A DNA stretch of 64,000 nt, from the IMG/VR virus record IMGVR_UViG_3300046000_004279, positions 1 to 64,000 of that record. One strand, given 5' to 3'. This DNA comes from a virus. The notes under the pieces were generated by a model, which was given only the letters and a program-made list of their open reading frames with translations, was not told the DNA's origin and did not search any database. Positions 53,736 through 63,321 of this stretch are shown here, piece after piece (position 1 is the stretch's first letter; each line of letters begins with the position of its first letter). The position numbers and the translations under genes are program-made.

Positions 53736-54120
53736 GTGTGGGGTTGTTTGCGAATGGATGCAGACTGGTCGCATCTTAATTAATCCTGATGGGCAAGTGT
53801 TACCTTGCTGTTACCTAGCAAATGTGATGTACATGGTTAACAAGCTAGGCACACCCGAGCAGGTGTTGGCTAATAAGAACAATCTAACAGACCAGATTGG
53901 CCAACGCAACCTGATCCAAAAAGAGTTCTATGAAGAGCCAGTGTTGGTTGAGTATCTTGAGAACAAAGAAAAGTACAGCGTGTTTCACACACCATTCGAA
54001 GAAATCATTAATAGTGATTGGTTTACTAAAACATTACCACAATCTTGGGATGATTCTGATAGATTGGTATTACAGTGTGCACAACACTGTGGAACGGTAA
54101 AGCATCGTGGCAGAAAGTAA
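53713..54120 (+). CDS. Stand-alone SPASM/twitch domain protein
   Basis: CEW..INPDGQVLPCC...C..C. Confidence 0.8.
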   Translation: MKPVERNKCGVVCEWMQTGRILINPDGQVLPCCYLANVMYMVNKLGTPEQVLANKNNLTDQIGQRNLIQKEFYEEPVLVEYLENKEKYSVFHTPFEEIINSDWFTKTLPQSWDDSDRLVLQCAQHCGTVKHRGRK

Positions 54121-55300
54121 ATTCTGCCCGCTTCCTTGGTTTAACATTACTACAGATGTAAACGGATCTGTTAGACCATGTTGTAGATATGCTCAACCTA
54201 GTGAGCAAGTTGATCACAAAATGCCTTGGTTGCAAGATGGTAGCATAAAGTCACTATGGAATGGTCCTGAGATGAGAGGCTTGCGTAAAGCTTTTCTCAA
54301 TGGCGAGCAACCAGCCGACTGTAGTTGGTGTTGGAAAGAAGAAGATAACAATATCAAAAGCTACAGACAATTACACATTGATGAGTATAGTAGCGATTAT
54401 GATAATGTTGATTTAACAACTGATTATTCACCAAATCCAATAGTGTTTGACCTAAAACTATCTAATGTGTGCAATTTAAAATGTAGGATGTGTGGTCCAA
54501 CAGCTTCTAGTTCTATCTTAAAAGAACAAAAGACTTACAAATATTTTACAGACCGCGATAAAAAAGAACACGAATACTGGCTAACTAATAAAATTCTTGG
54601 AACACATAATGAAAAAGATTTCATGGAGTGGTTACCATCTATTGTTGAACTTCAATTTACTGGTGGTGAGCCATTAGTAAGCCCAGAAAATAAACAATTA
54701 ATAAAATTAATCTCAGAAACTGAATATGCAAAAAACATTAGTATTCAATTAAACACCAATGCTACACATTTTAACACATCATTTGTTGAACAATTAAAGA
54801 AATTTAAAAAGATTCATATAGACGCTAGTATTGACGATATTGGACCCCGAATTGAATATGCTCGACATGGGTGCAATTGGGAAAACTTGAATAATAATTT
54901 AAAAAGATACAACAGCATAGAAGAAATCAAACTTAACATATGGGCTACGGTAAATAATTACAACATTTGGTATTTGGATGATTTGATTAATTATTGTGAA
55001 GAAAATAATATCGAACTGGCCTTGGGGGCTTTGCACACTCCTAGTGAATTGTCAATTCAATACTTACCAGAACATTTAAAAGATGCTATTCGCGAAAAGT
55101 ATATAAAACCAATTCACTTAGATCCTGTTGCAAATGAATTACGCGCTAAAAGATTAAAACCTATTATTAATTTCTTGGACGCTTCTAATGAAAACCGTCT
55201 TAAAGAATTTTTAAAAACAACTTGGGTCTATGATCGAATTCGTAAAGAAAAATTTAAAGATGTATTTCCAGAGTGGAGAGATATGATTTACTATGGATGA
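54107..55300 (+). CDS. Radical SAM protein with N-terminal twitch/SPASM domain
   Basis: FCPLPW..G.VRPCC..C..C; CNLKCRMC; GGEP. Confidence 0.88.
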   Translation: MAESKFCPLPWFNITTDVNGSVRPCCRYAQPSEQVDHKMPWLQDGSIKSLWNGPEMRGLRKAFLNGEQPADCSWCWKEEDNNIKSYRQLHIDEYSSDYDNVDLTTDYSPNPIVFDLKLSNVCNLKCRMCGPTASSSILKEQKTYKYFTDRDKKEHEYWLTNKILGTHNEKDFMEWLPSIVELQFTGGEPLVSPENKQLIKLISETEYAKNISIQLNTNATHFNTSFVEQLKKFKKIHIDASIDDIGPRIEYARHGCNWENLNNNLKRYNSIEEIKLNIWATVNNYNIWYLDDLINYCEENNIELALGALHTPSELSIQYLPEHLKDAIREKYIKPIHLDPVANELRAKRLKPIINFLDASNENRLKEFLKTTWVYDRIRKEKFKDVFPEWRDMIYYG

Positions 55301-56039
55301 TTATAAAAGTCTTCTTGATAAGCGACAGCTAACAATGTGGTTGGACATATCAACATATTGTAATGCTGGTTGTCCTCAATGTCACAGAACAAACCCAAAC
55401 GGGTTAGATAAGATCTATTGGTTGCCGCTTGTGCAGTGGTCAATCGATGACTTTAAAAGAGCATTCCCGATCTCATCCATGGCGAGAATTGACAAGTTTG
55501 ATATTTGTGGTACGTGGGGTGATCCTATGATGAACAAAGACATCTATGAGATTGTCGAATACATCATAGAGAATTCTGAATGTACAGTACAACTTCACAC
55601 AAACGGTAGCATGAGAGACAATGACTTTTGGTGGAACCTAGGCGTCCTTTGTGGAAAACGATTGAATGTTCAATTCACAGTTGATGGTGTTACTGAACAA
55701 GAACACGCGTTGTATAGACAAAAAACAAGCCTTGCAAAAACCCTATCTAACATGTTGACATTAACAAGTACGAATGCTACAGCGGGTGTGTACACTGTGA
55801 TATTTGAACACAACGAAAGATCTATACAAGATATCGCAAAACTATCTCGTGATCATGGTGCACACTATATAACATTTGTGCCTTCAAATAGATTCAAAGT
55901 TAATGATGAAGAATTCAATTTTTTTAAATTTACTGATGATAAGGGTGCGGAACAGATGTTTGTTAAGTCAAATTTAAAAAAATACTTAACAGGTGCGCTT
56001 ACTGATAAATTTATTGAAAGTCTTGCCCATGTCTTGTAA
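55293..56039 (+). CDS. Radical SAM protein (paralog of 52923)
   Basis: CNAGCPQC, GTWGDP, HTNGS. Confidence 0.88.
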   Translation: MDDYKSLLDKRQLTMWLDISTYCNAGCPQCHRTNPNGLDKIYWLPLVQWSIDDFKRAFPISSMARIDKFDICGTWGDPMMNKDIYEIVEYIIENSECTVQLHTNGSMRDNDFWWNLGVLCGKRLNVQFTVDGVTEQEHALYRQKTSLAKTLSNMLTLTSTNATAGVYTVIFEHNERSIQDIAKLSRDHGAHYITFVPSNRFKVNDEEFNFFKFTDDKGAEQMFVKSNLKKYLTGALTDKFIESLAHVL

Positions 56040-56409
56040 AATTGAATGTGAATGGATGCAGAGTAAAAGAATCCTTGTCAATCCTGATGGTCAAGTGTGG
56101 CCTTGTTGTTATCTTGCTAACAGTACATACATGCGTGCTGCATTAGGTTATCCAGAATCTTATACATCAAAAGAGACGTATAGAATTGAAAATCAGATTA
56201 TAAACCTTGAAGATGCTGCTGTACGTACTGGCCAACAGGTTCTGTTAAAAGAATATTTTGATGAGAAAGAACAGTATAATATATTCAATCATACGATTGA
56301 TGAGATTGTTGAATCAAAGTGGTTTGCTGAGACATTACCAAAATCATGGGACGAACCAGAAAGAGTGCTATATCAATGCAAGATCAATTGTTCGAAATCG
56401 GAAACCTAA
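56029..56409 (+). CDS. Stand-alone SPASM/twitch domain protein (paralog of 53713)
   Basis: CEW..VNPDGQVWPCC...CKINC. Confidence 0.8.
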   Translation: MSCKIECEWMQSKRILVNPDGQVWPCCYLANSTYMRAALGYPESYTSKETYRIENQIINLEDAAVRTGQQVLLKEYFDEKEQYNIFNHTIDEIVESKWFAETLPKSWDEPERVLYQCKINCSKSET

Positions 56410-57443
56410 AGACTAGGTGTAAAGCGCCGTTTAACAATCTGTACTTCTCTACATTCGGCAAAGCGGGCCCGTGCTGGCTGCAAGTTAATGTCACATCAGA
56501 TTGGAGTCACACAACATCAATCAAAGACATATGGAACGGACCTGAGTTTAACAAGATCCGCGAAGATCTACTCAACGACAAGTTTTGCGGTAAATGTGAG
56601 ATCTGCAAGACAAACTGGGATGACAACGTTTGGCCCCTCGCGCAGGCGTATGACAAGTTTGGTGTACAAGGATATCCCGAATGGCCATCTTTGTTTGAGT
56701 TAGAGTTAAGCAACCAATGTAATCTTGAGTGCACGATGTGCAGTGGATATCTAAGCAGTGGTATTCGTAAGAATAGAGAAAAACTGCCACCACTACCAAT
56801 GATGTATGATCAGACATTCGTTGATCAGTTGACCGAGTTTGTTCCACATCTGGAAGAAGTACGATTCAATGGTGGTGAGCCATTTGCTCAGAAGATTGTG
56901 CTTGACATTTGTGACATGGTTGCGGGAATCAATCCAGGATTGAAGATCAACATTGCGACCAACGGAACAGTATACAACAAACGCGTTGAGAAGATCCTAC
57001 GCCAGAACAATGTACACATGAATGTCAGTATTGACAGCTTGATAAAGGAAAGATATGAAGCAATTCGTATCAATGCAAACTTTGATCAGCTAATGGCTAA
57101 CTTTGAGATCTTCCACAAGTATAGTATGGAAGGAAATAAAGAGATGGCTGTAATGGTAAATCCAATGCGCAACAATTGGGATGAGATGGTTGACTTTTTG
57201 CAGTTTGCAAATGATCGTAACATAAATCTTTGGTACAACACAATCAAGTATCCTGAGCATCTTGCAATATGGAATCTTGATTGTGATAAGTTGGTGGAAA
57301 TATGTGATACTCTATCTGTAAAGTTAGATCAATACACGCGAAGTGTTAAACATCGTAAGTTCGACAAAGATAACACCTCTACGACTAAGCATTTGATTGA
57401 GAAACAAATAAAGACATGGTTGTTGGATAGCTACACAAGATGA
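56376..57443 (+). CDS. Radical SAM protein with N-terminal SPASM
   Basis: CKAPF..GPCW; CNLECTMC; GGEP. Confidence 0.88.
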   Translation: MQDQLFEIGNLKTRCKAPFNNLYFSTFGKAGPCWLQVNVTSDWSHTTSIKDIWNGPEFNKIREDLLNDKFCGKCEICKTNWDDNVWPLAQAYDKFGVQGYPEWPSLFELELSNQCNLECTMCSGYLSSGIRKNREKLPPLPMMYDQTFVDQLTEFVPHLEEVRFNGGEPFAQKIVLDICDMVAGINPGLKINIATNGTVYNKRVEKILRQNNVHMNVSIDSLIKERYEAIRINANFDQLMANFEIFHKYSMEGNKEMAVMVNPMRNNWDEMVDFLQFANDRNINLWYNTIKYPEHLAIWNLDCDKLVEICDTLSVKLDQYTRSVKHRKFDKDNTSTTKHLIEKQIKTWLLDSYTR

Positions 57444-58672
57444 GTCAAAAAGAATTTGAAAAGCGTAAAAAATATCTTTGCAAGGCCCCGTTTTCAGGTC
57501 TCACTGTTAACCCAACGGGATCTATAACTCTATGTTGTAGTGGTGGACCAGTAACAACTCCTCTTGGTCATATTAGTAAAGTTGACAGTCTTCAACAGTT
57601 TTACAACAGTGAGATAATGGAAAATGTTCGCATTCTTCACGAAAACAAAGCTATAGAACAATCTGTCTGTGCGGGTTGTTATAGACAATATGCTGCTGGA
57701 AAACACAATATGATGGCCATTTTTAACAACTATTGGCATTGGTCTCGAAACAATTTTGATAATGATTGGTATGCTAGAAAAGACGGTATAGATCGGCCAT
57801 TGAGATTTCTTGAATATACGTGTAGCAACATTTGTAATCAAACGTGCGCGTCCTGTAGCAGTTGGTTTAGCTCTAAGTGGCGCGACTATGAGTTAGCATT
57901 TACTCTCGACCAACAACATAAATTCGACAAAACCCCTAAACCCATTTTGAGGTTGGGGGAAACGGATATTGATAAGATCATTGATGTTCTTCCCCACTTA
58001 GATTTTCTATCAATGAAGGGGGGCGAACCTTGGGCGGATAAGAACAACGTTAAAATTCTTCAAAAATTGCTAGAAGTTAATCCATCATGCACTGTCGATA
58101 TTGTTTCTAATATGCAATCAATTCCAGAAAGCACTTGGAAAATGCTTGGTGATGTGGACCATAGTTTAACAAAGCTTTGGTTATCCGCTAGTATAGATGG
58201 TGTAGGTGAAGAGTATAATTGGATTCGCGGCGGAAATTTCAACAAAACGGTTGAAAATCTTGAAAGATGGCATGAAGTTACAAAAAAGAAAATTCGCATT
58301 AATCCTTTTGTGTCGATCTTTAACTTTTTTTCTCTAGACAAGATTGTAGATTATTTCGTATCAAAACCTTATGTTGTAGGTGTTAATATTTCTAATATAG
58401 GCACTTACCCCACATATATTAAATCTCAAAATCTACCAAAATATATAATATTTGAAAAACAAGAATATTATAGAACTAAGTTTAAATCTTACGACCAAAG
58501 CAAATTATTTTGCACCCCTTTATTAGACGATATGAACGAAAGGGAAACTAATTTTATAGAATTAAAAAAATCATTTGAGTGGATTGAAGTTGTTAACAAG
58601 ATGAGAGGTTTTGATTTGTTGGATCATGTTCCTGAATTAAAACGTATCAAAGAAGTTATTTGCGATGGGTGA
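57440..58672 (+). CDS. Radical SAM protein with N-terminal SPASM
   Basis: CKAPF..TLCC; CNQTCASC; GGEP. Confidence 0.88.
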   Translation: MSQKEFEKRKKYLCKAPFSGLTVNPTGSITLCCSGGPVTTPLGHISKVDSLQQFYNSEIMENVRILHENKAIEQSVCAGCYRQYAAGKHNMMAIFNNYWHWSRNNFDNDWYARKDGIDRPLRFLEYTCSNICNQTCASCSSWFSSKWRDYELAFTLDQQHKFDKTPKPILRLGETDIDKIIDVLPHLDFLSMKGGEPWADKNNVKILQKLLEVNPSCTVDIVSNMQSIPESTWKMLGDVDHSLTKLWLSASIDGVGEEYNWIRGGNFNKTVENLERWHEVTKKKIRINPFVSIFNFFSLDKIVDYFVSKPYVVGVNISNIGTYPTYIKSQNLPKYIIFEKQEYYRTKFKSYDQSKLFCTPLLDDMNERETNFIELKKSFEWIEVVNKMRGFDLLDHVPELKRIKEVICDG

Positions 58673-60011
58673 TCAGACATTAACAGGTCTATCATATGGA
58701 TTCCATGATGCAGCCATCACTGTTATTGATGGCGATAAAATTATAGAATGTCATCACGCAGAACGATTCTCTAAGATCAAAAACGATCACAATCTTTGGC
58801 CCGAGTTCAAAACCTATGGTAAGACTGCCTACTATGAACGACCGTTTCTAAAGAACACTCGTAGATTGTTTGCAGGTCAGTCTTGGGTTAAGAAACCAAA
58901 ACACGACTATTACGTTCCACATCATTGGTCACACGTTGCTGCTGGATACTACACGAGACCGTTCGTTGAAGAACCTGTATGTGTTGTGATTGACGCCGTT
59001 GGCGAATGGGACACCGCATCTATTTGGTGGAAAAAGCAGAAGGTGTGGTCAACAAAATACCCTAGATCTCTTGGTCTGTTGTATAGTGCCATTACCGACT
59101 ACGTTGGTTTGAAACCAATGGAAGATGAATACATTCTTATGGGGATGGCTGCATATGGCAACTACAGCATTAGGTTAGAAGATGCTATACAGAATCTTAT
59201 GAAGACCAACCTACACAAAGGATGTCGTTGGGATTATCGACATCTTGGTCAAAACTATAATGACCTTGCTGCAACTGTTCAAAGTGTGCTAGAAGATAAG
59301 ATTGTAGAGATTATGGCAATCGCTCGTCAATACTCAAACTATTTGTGTTACGGTGGTGGAGTGGCTCTCAATTGTGTAGCAAACTCAAAGATCCGACCAA
59401 TGTTCACAGATGTGTGGATCTTTCCTAGCCCTAGTGATAGTGGCAGTGCATTAGGAGCTGCTGCTGCAATCAACGACAGGATCTTAGATTGGCAAGGACC
59501 TTATCTTGGTTACGACATTAATAGGGAAATCAATCCAAAAGAAGTAGCACAATATCTCGTTGAAAATAGTGTCTGTGGTGTTGCAAATGGTCGTGCAGAG
59601 TTTGGACCTCGTGCGTTAGGCAACCGTAGTCTTTTGGCTGATTGTAGACTGCCAATCAACGATACGGTTAACACAATCAAAAAGCGGCAGAAGTTTAGAC
59701 CATTCGCCCCCGCAATACTAGCAGAGTTTGCTGATCAGTACTTTGATGGTCCAATGAATGAATATATGCAGTTTGTTGCGAAAGCAAAGCACGACTACAG
59801 ATCTGTTACTCACGTTGACGGAACATCGCGAGTTCAGTTGGTAAAGGCTAACTGCAAGTCGGTGTTGAGACCAATACTTGAAGAGTGGTACGAGTTAACG
59901 GGTTGCCCTATGTTGCTAAACACCAGCCTAAATATAAAAGGTCAGCCTTTGGTAAACGATTGGAATGATGCAGAGGCTTTTGCAACTACAAATAAAGTAA
60001 AGGTTTTTTAA
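58665..60011 (+). CDS. Carbamoyltransferase (NodU/CmcH family)
   Basis: HDAA, ERFS, HHWSH, DAVGE, GGVALNC, EFGPRALGNRS, FRPFAP, LLNTSLN. Confidence 0.93.
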   Translation: MGDQTLTGLSYGFHDAAITVIDGDKIIECHHAERFSKIKNDHNLWPEFKTYGKTAYYERPFLKNTRRLFAGQSWVKKPKHDYYVPHHWSHVAAGYYTRPFVEEPVCVVIDAVGEWDTASIWWKKQKVWSTKYPRSLGLLYSAITDYVGLKPMEDEYILMGMAAYGNYSIRLEDAIQNLMKTNLHKGCRWDYRHLGQNYNDLAATVQSVLEDKIVEIMAIARQYSNYLCYGGGVALNCVANSKIRPMFTDVWIFPSPSDSGSALGAAAAINDRILDWQGPYLGYDINREINPKEVAQYLVENSVCGVANGRAEFGPRALGNRSLLADCRLPINDTVNTIKKRQKFRPFAPAILAEFADQYFDGPMNEYMQFVAKAKHDYRSVTHVDGTSRVQLVKANCKSVLRPILEEWYELTGCPMLLNTSLNIKGQPLVNDWNDAEAFATTNKVKVF

Positions 60012-60839
60012 ATGAGTTATTTGCTAGCATCGGGATGTAGTTGGACTGACGCCAATTTTAAATCTCCTATTATACCAACCTATGATGTTTCATTTCCAAA
60101 GTGGCCAGCGGTGCTAGGTGAAAAAATGGGAATACAAAAAGTTGTAAATGTTGGCGTTAACGGCGCATCTAACGATTCTATTTTTAAAAAATGTTACGAT
60201 GAGATTTCTAAACAAAAACCAAAGTTGGTGTGTATATTAATTACCGATTGGTCAAGACATTCTGTTTTTGATAGTTACGCTTTAAACATTATTCATCTTT
60301 TAGCAACAGACCGTTCTGTAGCGAACGATGATTTATCCGAAGAGTTGTATTTGCTGCGCGAATGGGTAGGACATGAACATGATGCTGTGCAGTTTGCTAA
60401 ACATTTATGGTCATCCACTTTATGTGTAGAAGATATTGTAAGAAATACGTTGCGAGAAATTTGGTTGTTCCAGAATTTTTGTCAACACAACAATATTGAT
60501 TATATTATAATGTCAGGATTGAATCCTATTTATGATTACGGTTTAACTCTTTTAAATAGATTTGAATCCGCCGATTCGACAATTACAAATTTTAGTAGTT
60601 ATATAAAACAGACTCTAACTTCCCCCTATGCAGATAAACTCAATGATAAGAATTTGCTTGGATGGCCATTCTTTGCAGAAATTGGTGGATATAGCGTTTG
60701 GTCAGATTGGGCAGACAAGGGATACGACGATGTTTTTGTCCATAAAGATTTTGATAGTCACCCCAATGGTTTAGGTCATCAACTAATAGCAGAAATGTTT
60801 TATAAAGGATATCAAGACATATATGGTAAAATATCTTAA
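60012..60839 (+). CDS. SGNH/GDSL-like protein
   Basis: GCSWT, GASN, DSHPN..GH. Confidence 0.7.
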   Translation: MSYLLASGCSWTDANFKSPIIPTYDVSFPKWPAVLGEKMGIQKVVNVGVNGASNDSIFKKCYDEISKQKPKLVCILITDWSRHSVFDSYALNIIHLLATDRSVANDDLSEELYLLREWVGHEHDAVQFAKHLWSSTLCVEDIVRNTLREIWLFQNFCQHNNIDYIIMSGLNPIYDYGLTLLNRFESADSTITNFSSYIKQTLTSPYADKLNDKNLLGWPFFAEIGGYSVWSDWADKGYDDVFVHKDFDSHPNGLGHQLIAEMFYKGYQDIYGKIS

Positions 60840-60938
60840 ATATCATTTGACAATTATAAGAATGTACTATAATATATGGTTTAAACGTAAAAAACGCAAA
60901 CCAAATCAACTTTACATTTATGAACAACGCAAGGATAA

Positions 60939-61163
60939 GTGATGTTTACAGCGATAGTTTTAATGTGCACAACAGAGATGTGGTGCTACACAATTGTTCA
61001 AGAACAAGGGTTCTACGAATCTGAGAAGCAGTGTGTTGCAGCGATTGAAGAGTTGCTAACCAATGAAGAGTTTGATCCTGTGTATCGTTTTTACGAAGAA
61101 GGTCAAACGTTCGATGTGTACAGTTCAGAATGCGTTGAGTGGAAATTCTCGCGACCAACATAA
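60939..61163 (+). CDS. Hypothetical protein
   Basis: AAGGA RBS; Cys pattern. Confidence 0.6.
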   Translation: MMFTAIVLMCTTEMWCYTIVQEQGFYESEKQCVAAIEELLTNEEFDPVYRFYEEGQTFDVYSSECVEWKFSRPT

Positions 61164-61229
61164 AACCTCTTGCCTTTCTGATCTAGATACTCTATAATAT
61201 TAGTATAGAAAGGAATCATTGGTGTAATT

Positions 61230-61715
61230 ATGTTCACTGATCGTCAAGTTGAAGAAATCGTAGATCTACTCGCTGGCTTGGAAAAGACTTCGCGTGTATA
61301 TCTTGGTTGCGATTCGGTTCGTTACCGTAGAGATAATGCGAATTGGGCTCGCTACGCTACCGTTGCAATCGTTCACATGAACGGTAAGAACGGCTGCCGT
61401 GTGTTCCACACTATCTCACACGAACCAGATTACGATGCAAAGAAGAACCGTCCAAAGGTTCGTATGATGAACGAAGTTGCAAAAGTTTGTAACTTGTACA
61501 ACCAACTAATCCCTTTTATTGATGAGTACAATGTTGAGATTCATCTTGACATTAATACAGACCCCAAGCACGGCTCGAACTGTGCTGCTACCGAAGCTGC
61601 TGGTTACGTTCTTGGTATGACTGGTGTTGAACCTAAGCTCAAGCCAGAAAGCTGGGCTGCTAGCTTTGGTGCAGACGGTATCGTACATGGTCGTGGTATT
61701 AGAGAGGAAGCATAA
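61230..61715 (+). CDS. RNase H-like YkuK family protein
   Basis: YLGCDS, RMMNEV, EIHLDIN, KPESWAAS..AD. Confidence 0.82.
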   Translation: MFTDRQVEEIVDLLAGLEKTSRVYLGCDSVRYRRDNANWARYATVAIVHMNGKNGCRVFHTISHEPDYDAKKNRPKVRMMNEVAKVCNLYNQLIPFIDEYNVEIHLDINTDPKHGSNCAATEAAGYVLGMTGVEPKLKPESWAASFGADGIVHGRGIREEA

Positions 61716-62473
61716 TGAAGGTTGTACTGGTCACTGGTGGATTTGATCCTATTCATAGTGGACATATCGAGTACTTTAAGGAAGCTGCTCAACACGGTGA
61801 CTTGGTAGTTGTTGGGTTAAACTCAGATGAATGGCTGACTCGTAAGAAAGGTCAGCCATTTATGTCTTTTGCTGAACGCAAAGCTGTTATTGAAACTTTG
61901 TGGATGGTTGATGAAGTAATTGCATTTGATGATACAGATAACACCGCTTGTAAAGCTATTGAGTATCTTCTTGAAGATCCTAACATTTCAATTATATTTG
62001 CCAATGGTGGAGATCGTACAAACACATCAACGCCTGAGTACGAACGATTCAAAGATAACCCTCGTGTCGAGTTTGCGTGGGGTGTTGGTGGTCGAGATAA
62101 GAAGAACAGCTCAAGTTGGGTTCTAGATAACTGGAAGAACGCTAAAACAATCCGACCGTGGGGTTGGTATCGTGTTCTTGATGATAAAGATGGATACAAA
62201 GTCAAAGAGCTTGTAATCCAGCCTAGCCAAAGTCTATCTGACCAGCGACATATGCTACGTAATGAGTACTGGTATGTCCTAAGTGGCTGTTGTAAAATTG
62301 ATATAGAGTCGCTACACTTTAGAAAGACGTTCGAGCTCTATCAGCTTAGTGAGGGGTTGGATATTCCTGTGAACACGTGGCATAGAGCATATAACGATAC
62401 AGACAAACCTTGCCATATTCTTGAGGTGCAGTTTGGATCAAAATGTGTTGAAGATGATATTGAAAGGAGATAA
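61715..62473 (+). CDS. Cytidylyltransferase fused to a type II mannose-6-phosphate isomerase-like cupin
   Basis: TGGFDPIHSGH, NSDEWLTRKKG, ANGGDR; RPWG, LSDQRH..R.E.W, EDDIER. Confidence 0.88.
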   Translation: MKVVLVTGGFDPIHSGHIEYFKEAAQHGDLVVVGLNSDEWLTRKKGQPFMSFAERKAVIETLWMVDEVIAFDDTDNTACKAIEYLLEDPNISIIFANGGDRTNTSTPEYERFKDNPRVEFAWGVGGRDKKNSSSWVLDNWKNAKTIRPWGWYRVLDDKDGYKVKELVIQPSQSLSDQRHMLRNEYWYVLSGCCKIDIESLHFRKTFELYQLSEGLDIPVNTWHRAYNDTDKPCHILEVQFGSKCVEDDIERR

Positions 62474-62475
62474 CA

Positions 62476-62715
62476 ATGGCTAATATAGATGTAACCGTTG
62501 ACATTGACATTGAAGACTATCTTGATGAGGTTGATGATCAGGATCTTGCTGATGAACTATCAAGTCGTGGATGGTTTGTTGGCGAGACTAAAGATTGGTC
62601 ACCGCCAAACGAAGAGTTGACTTATGAAGAGATAAATGTTATACTTGAACTGTTCCAAATGGCTTTGCCTGGAACGATTCGTTATGAAATCTATGAGAAG
62701 TTGAGAAAGCGATGA
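62476..62715 (+). CDS. Hypothetical acidic protein
   Basis: AAGGAG RBS. Confidence 0.7.
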   Translation: MANIDVTVDIDIEDYLDEVDDQDLADELSSRGWFVGETKDWSPPNEELTYEEINVILELFQMALPGTIRYEIYEKLRKR

Positions 62716-63146
62716 ACATTGCCCACCACCCCTTGTTTAACACTACCACCATTGCCGAATATTATTCAGAAATTGATGGTGTTCCTGTAAAATATGTCTG
62801 CACCTCTGCATTAACCAGTGATGCTAACTGGGCCGTAGACATCTTCTATCGTGAAACGCCACATCCCAAACATGGTAACCGATACTTTGGTATCTACAAG
62901 GATTCATACAATCTTGTTATGATTTGTAATGCTGATAAGATTGAGGATCTTAGGTTTAGTATGATTGAAGGGCCCAGTGGTTGGGAATACTCTCAACACC
63001 GTCATGATTATCGGCAAGTTGGTCAGGCTGCTATTGATGGTGGTCGTTCATATGTTAGATTGGTTGGCTATGGCAATGCTCAGATAAAAGTCGAAGTTAT
63101 GAAGGTCAAAGATGGACAATTTGTGAAAGTTGCACATGAGGCATGA
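62712..63146 (+). CDS. Conserved phage hypothetical protein
   Basis: YSQHRHDY...IDGGRSY.R motif. Confidence 0.72.
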   Translation: MNIAHHPLFNTTTIAEYYSEIDGVPVKYVCTSALTSDANWAVDIFYRETPHPKHGNRYFGIYKDSYNLVMICNADKIEDLRFSMIEGPSGWEYSQHRHDYRQVGQAAIDGGRSYVRLVGYGNAQIKVEVMKVKDGQFVKVAHEA

Positions 63147-63321
63147 AGTGCTCATTCCACAACCACTCTCAGACTGGGTCTGTTACCTCAGTGGTGATCC
63201 ATCTAAACCTATGGGTTCGGTGACGTACAGACCGCCTAAAGACAGAGAACCAAAATGGTTCAATAGAAAAATGCAGGAATTCTTTTTTGGAATTAAATGG
63301 TATAAACATGAAAAAAGATAA
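63130..63321 (+). CDS. Hypothetical protein
   Basis: PKWFNRKMQ..FFG.KW. Confidence 0.55.
   Translation: MHMRHEVLIPQPLSDWVCYLSGDPSKPMGSVTYRPPKDREPKWFNRKMQEFFFGIKWYKHEKR

Noticed and set aside
52923-60011. RiPP cluster
   Set aside because: No precursor peptide, RRE/PqqD domain, protease or exporter is evident.
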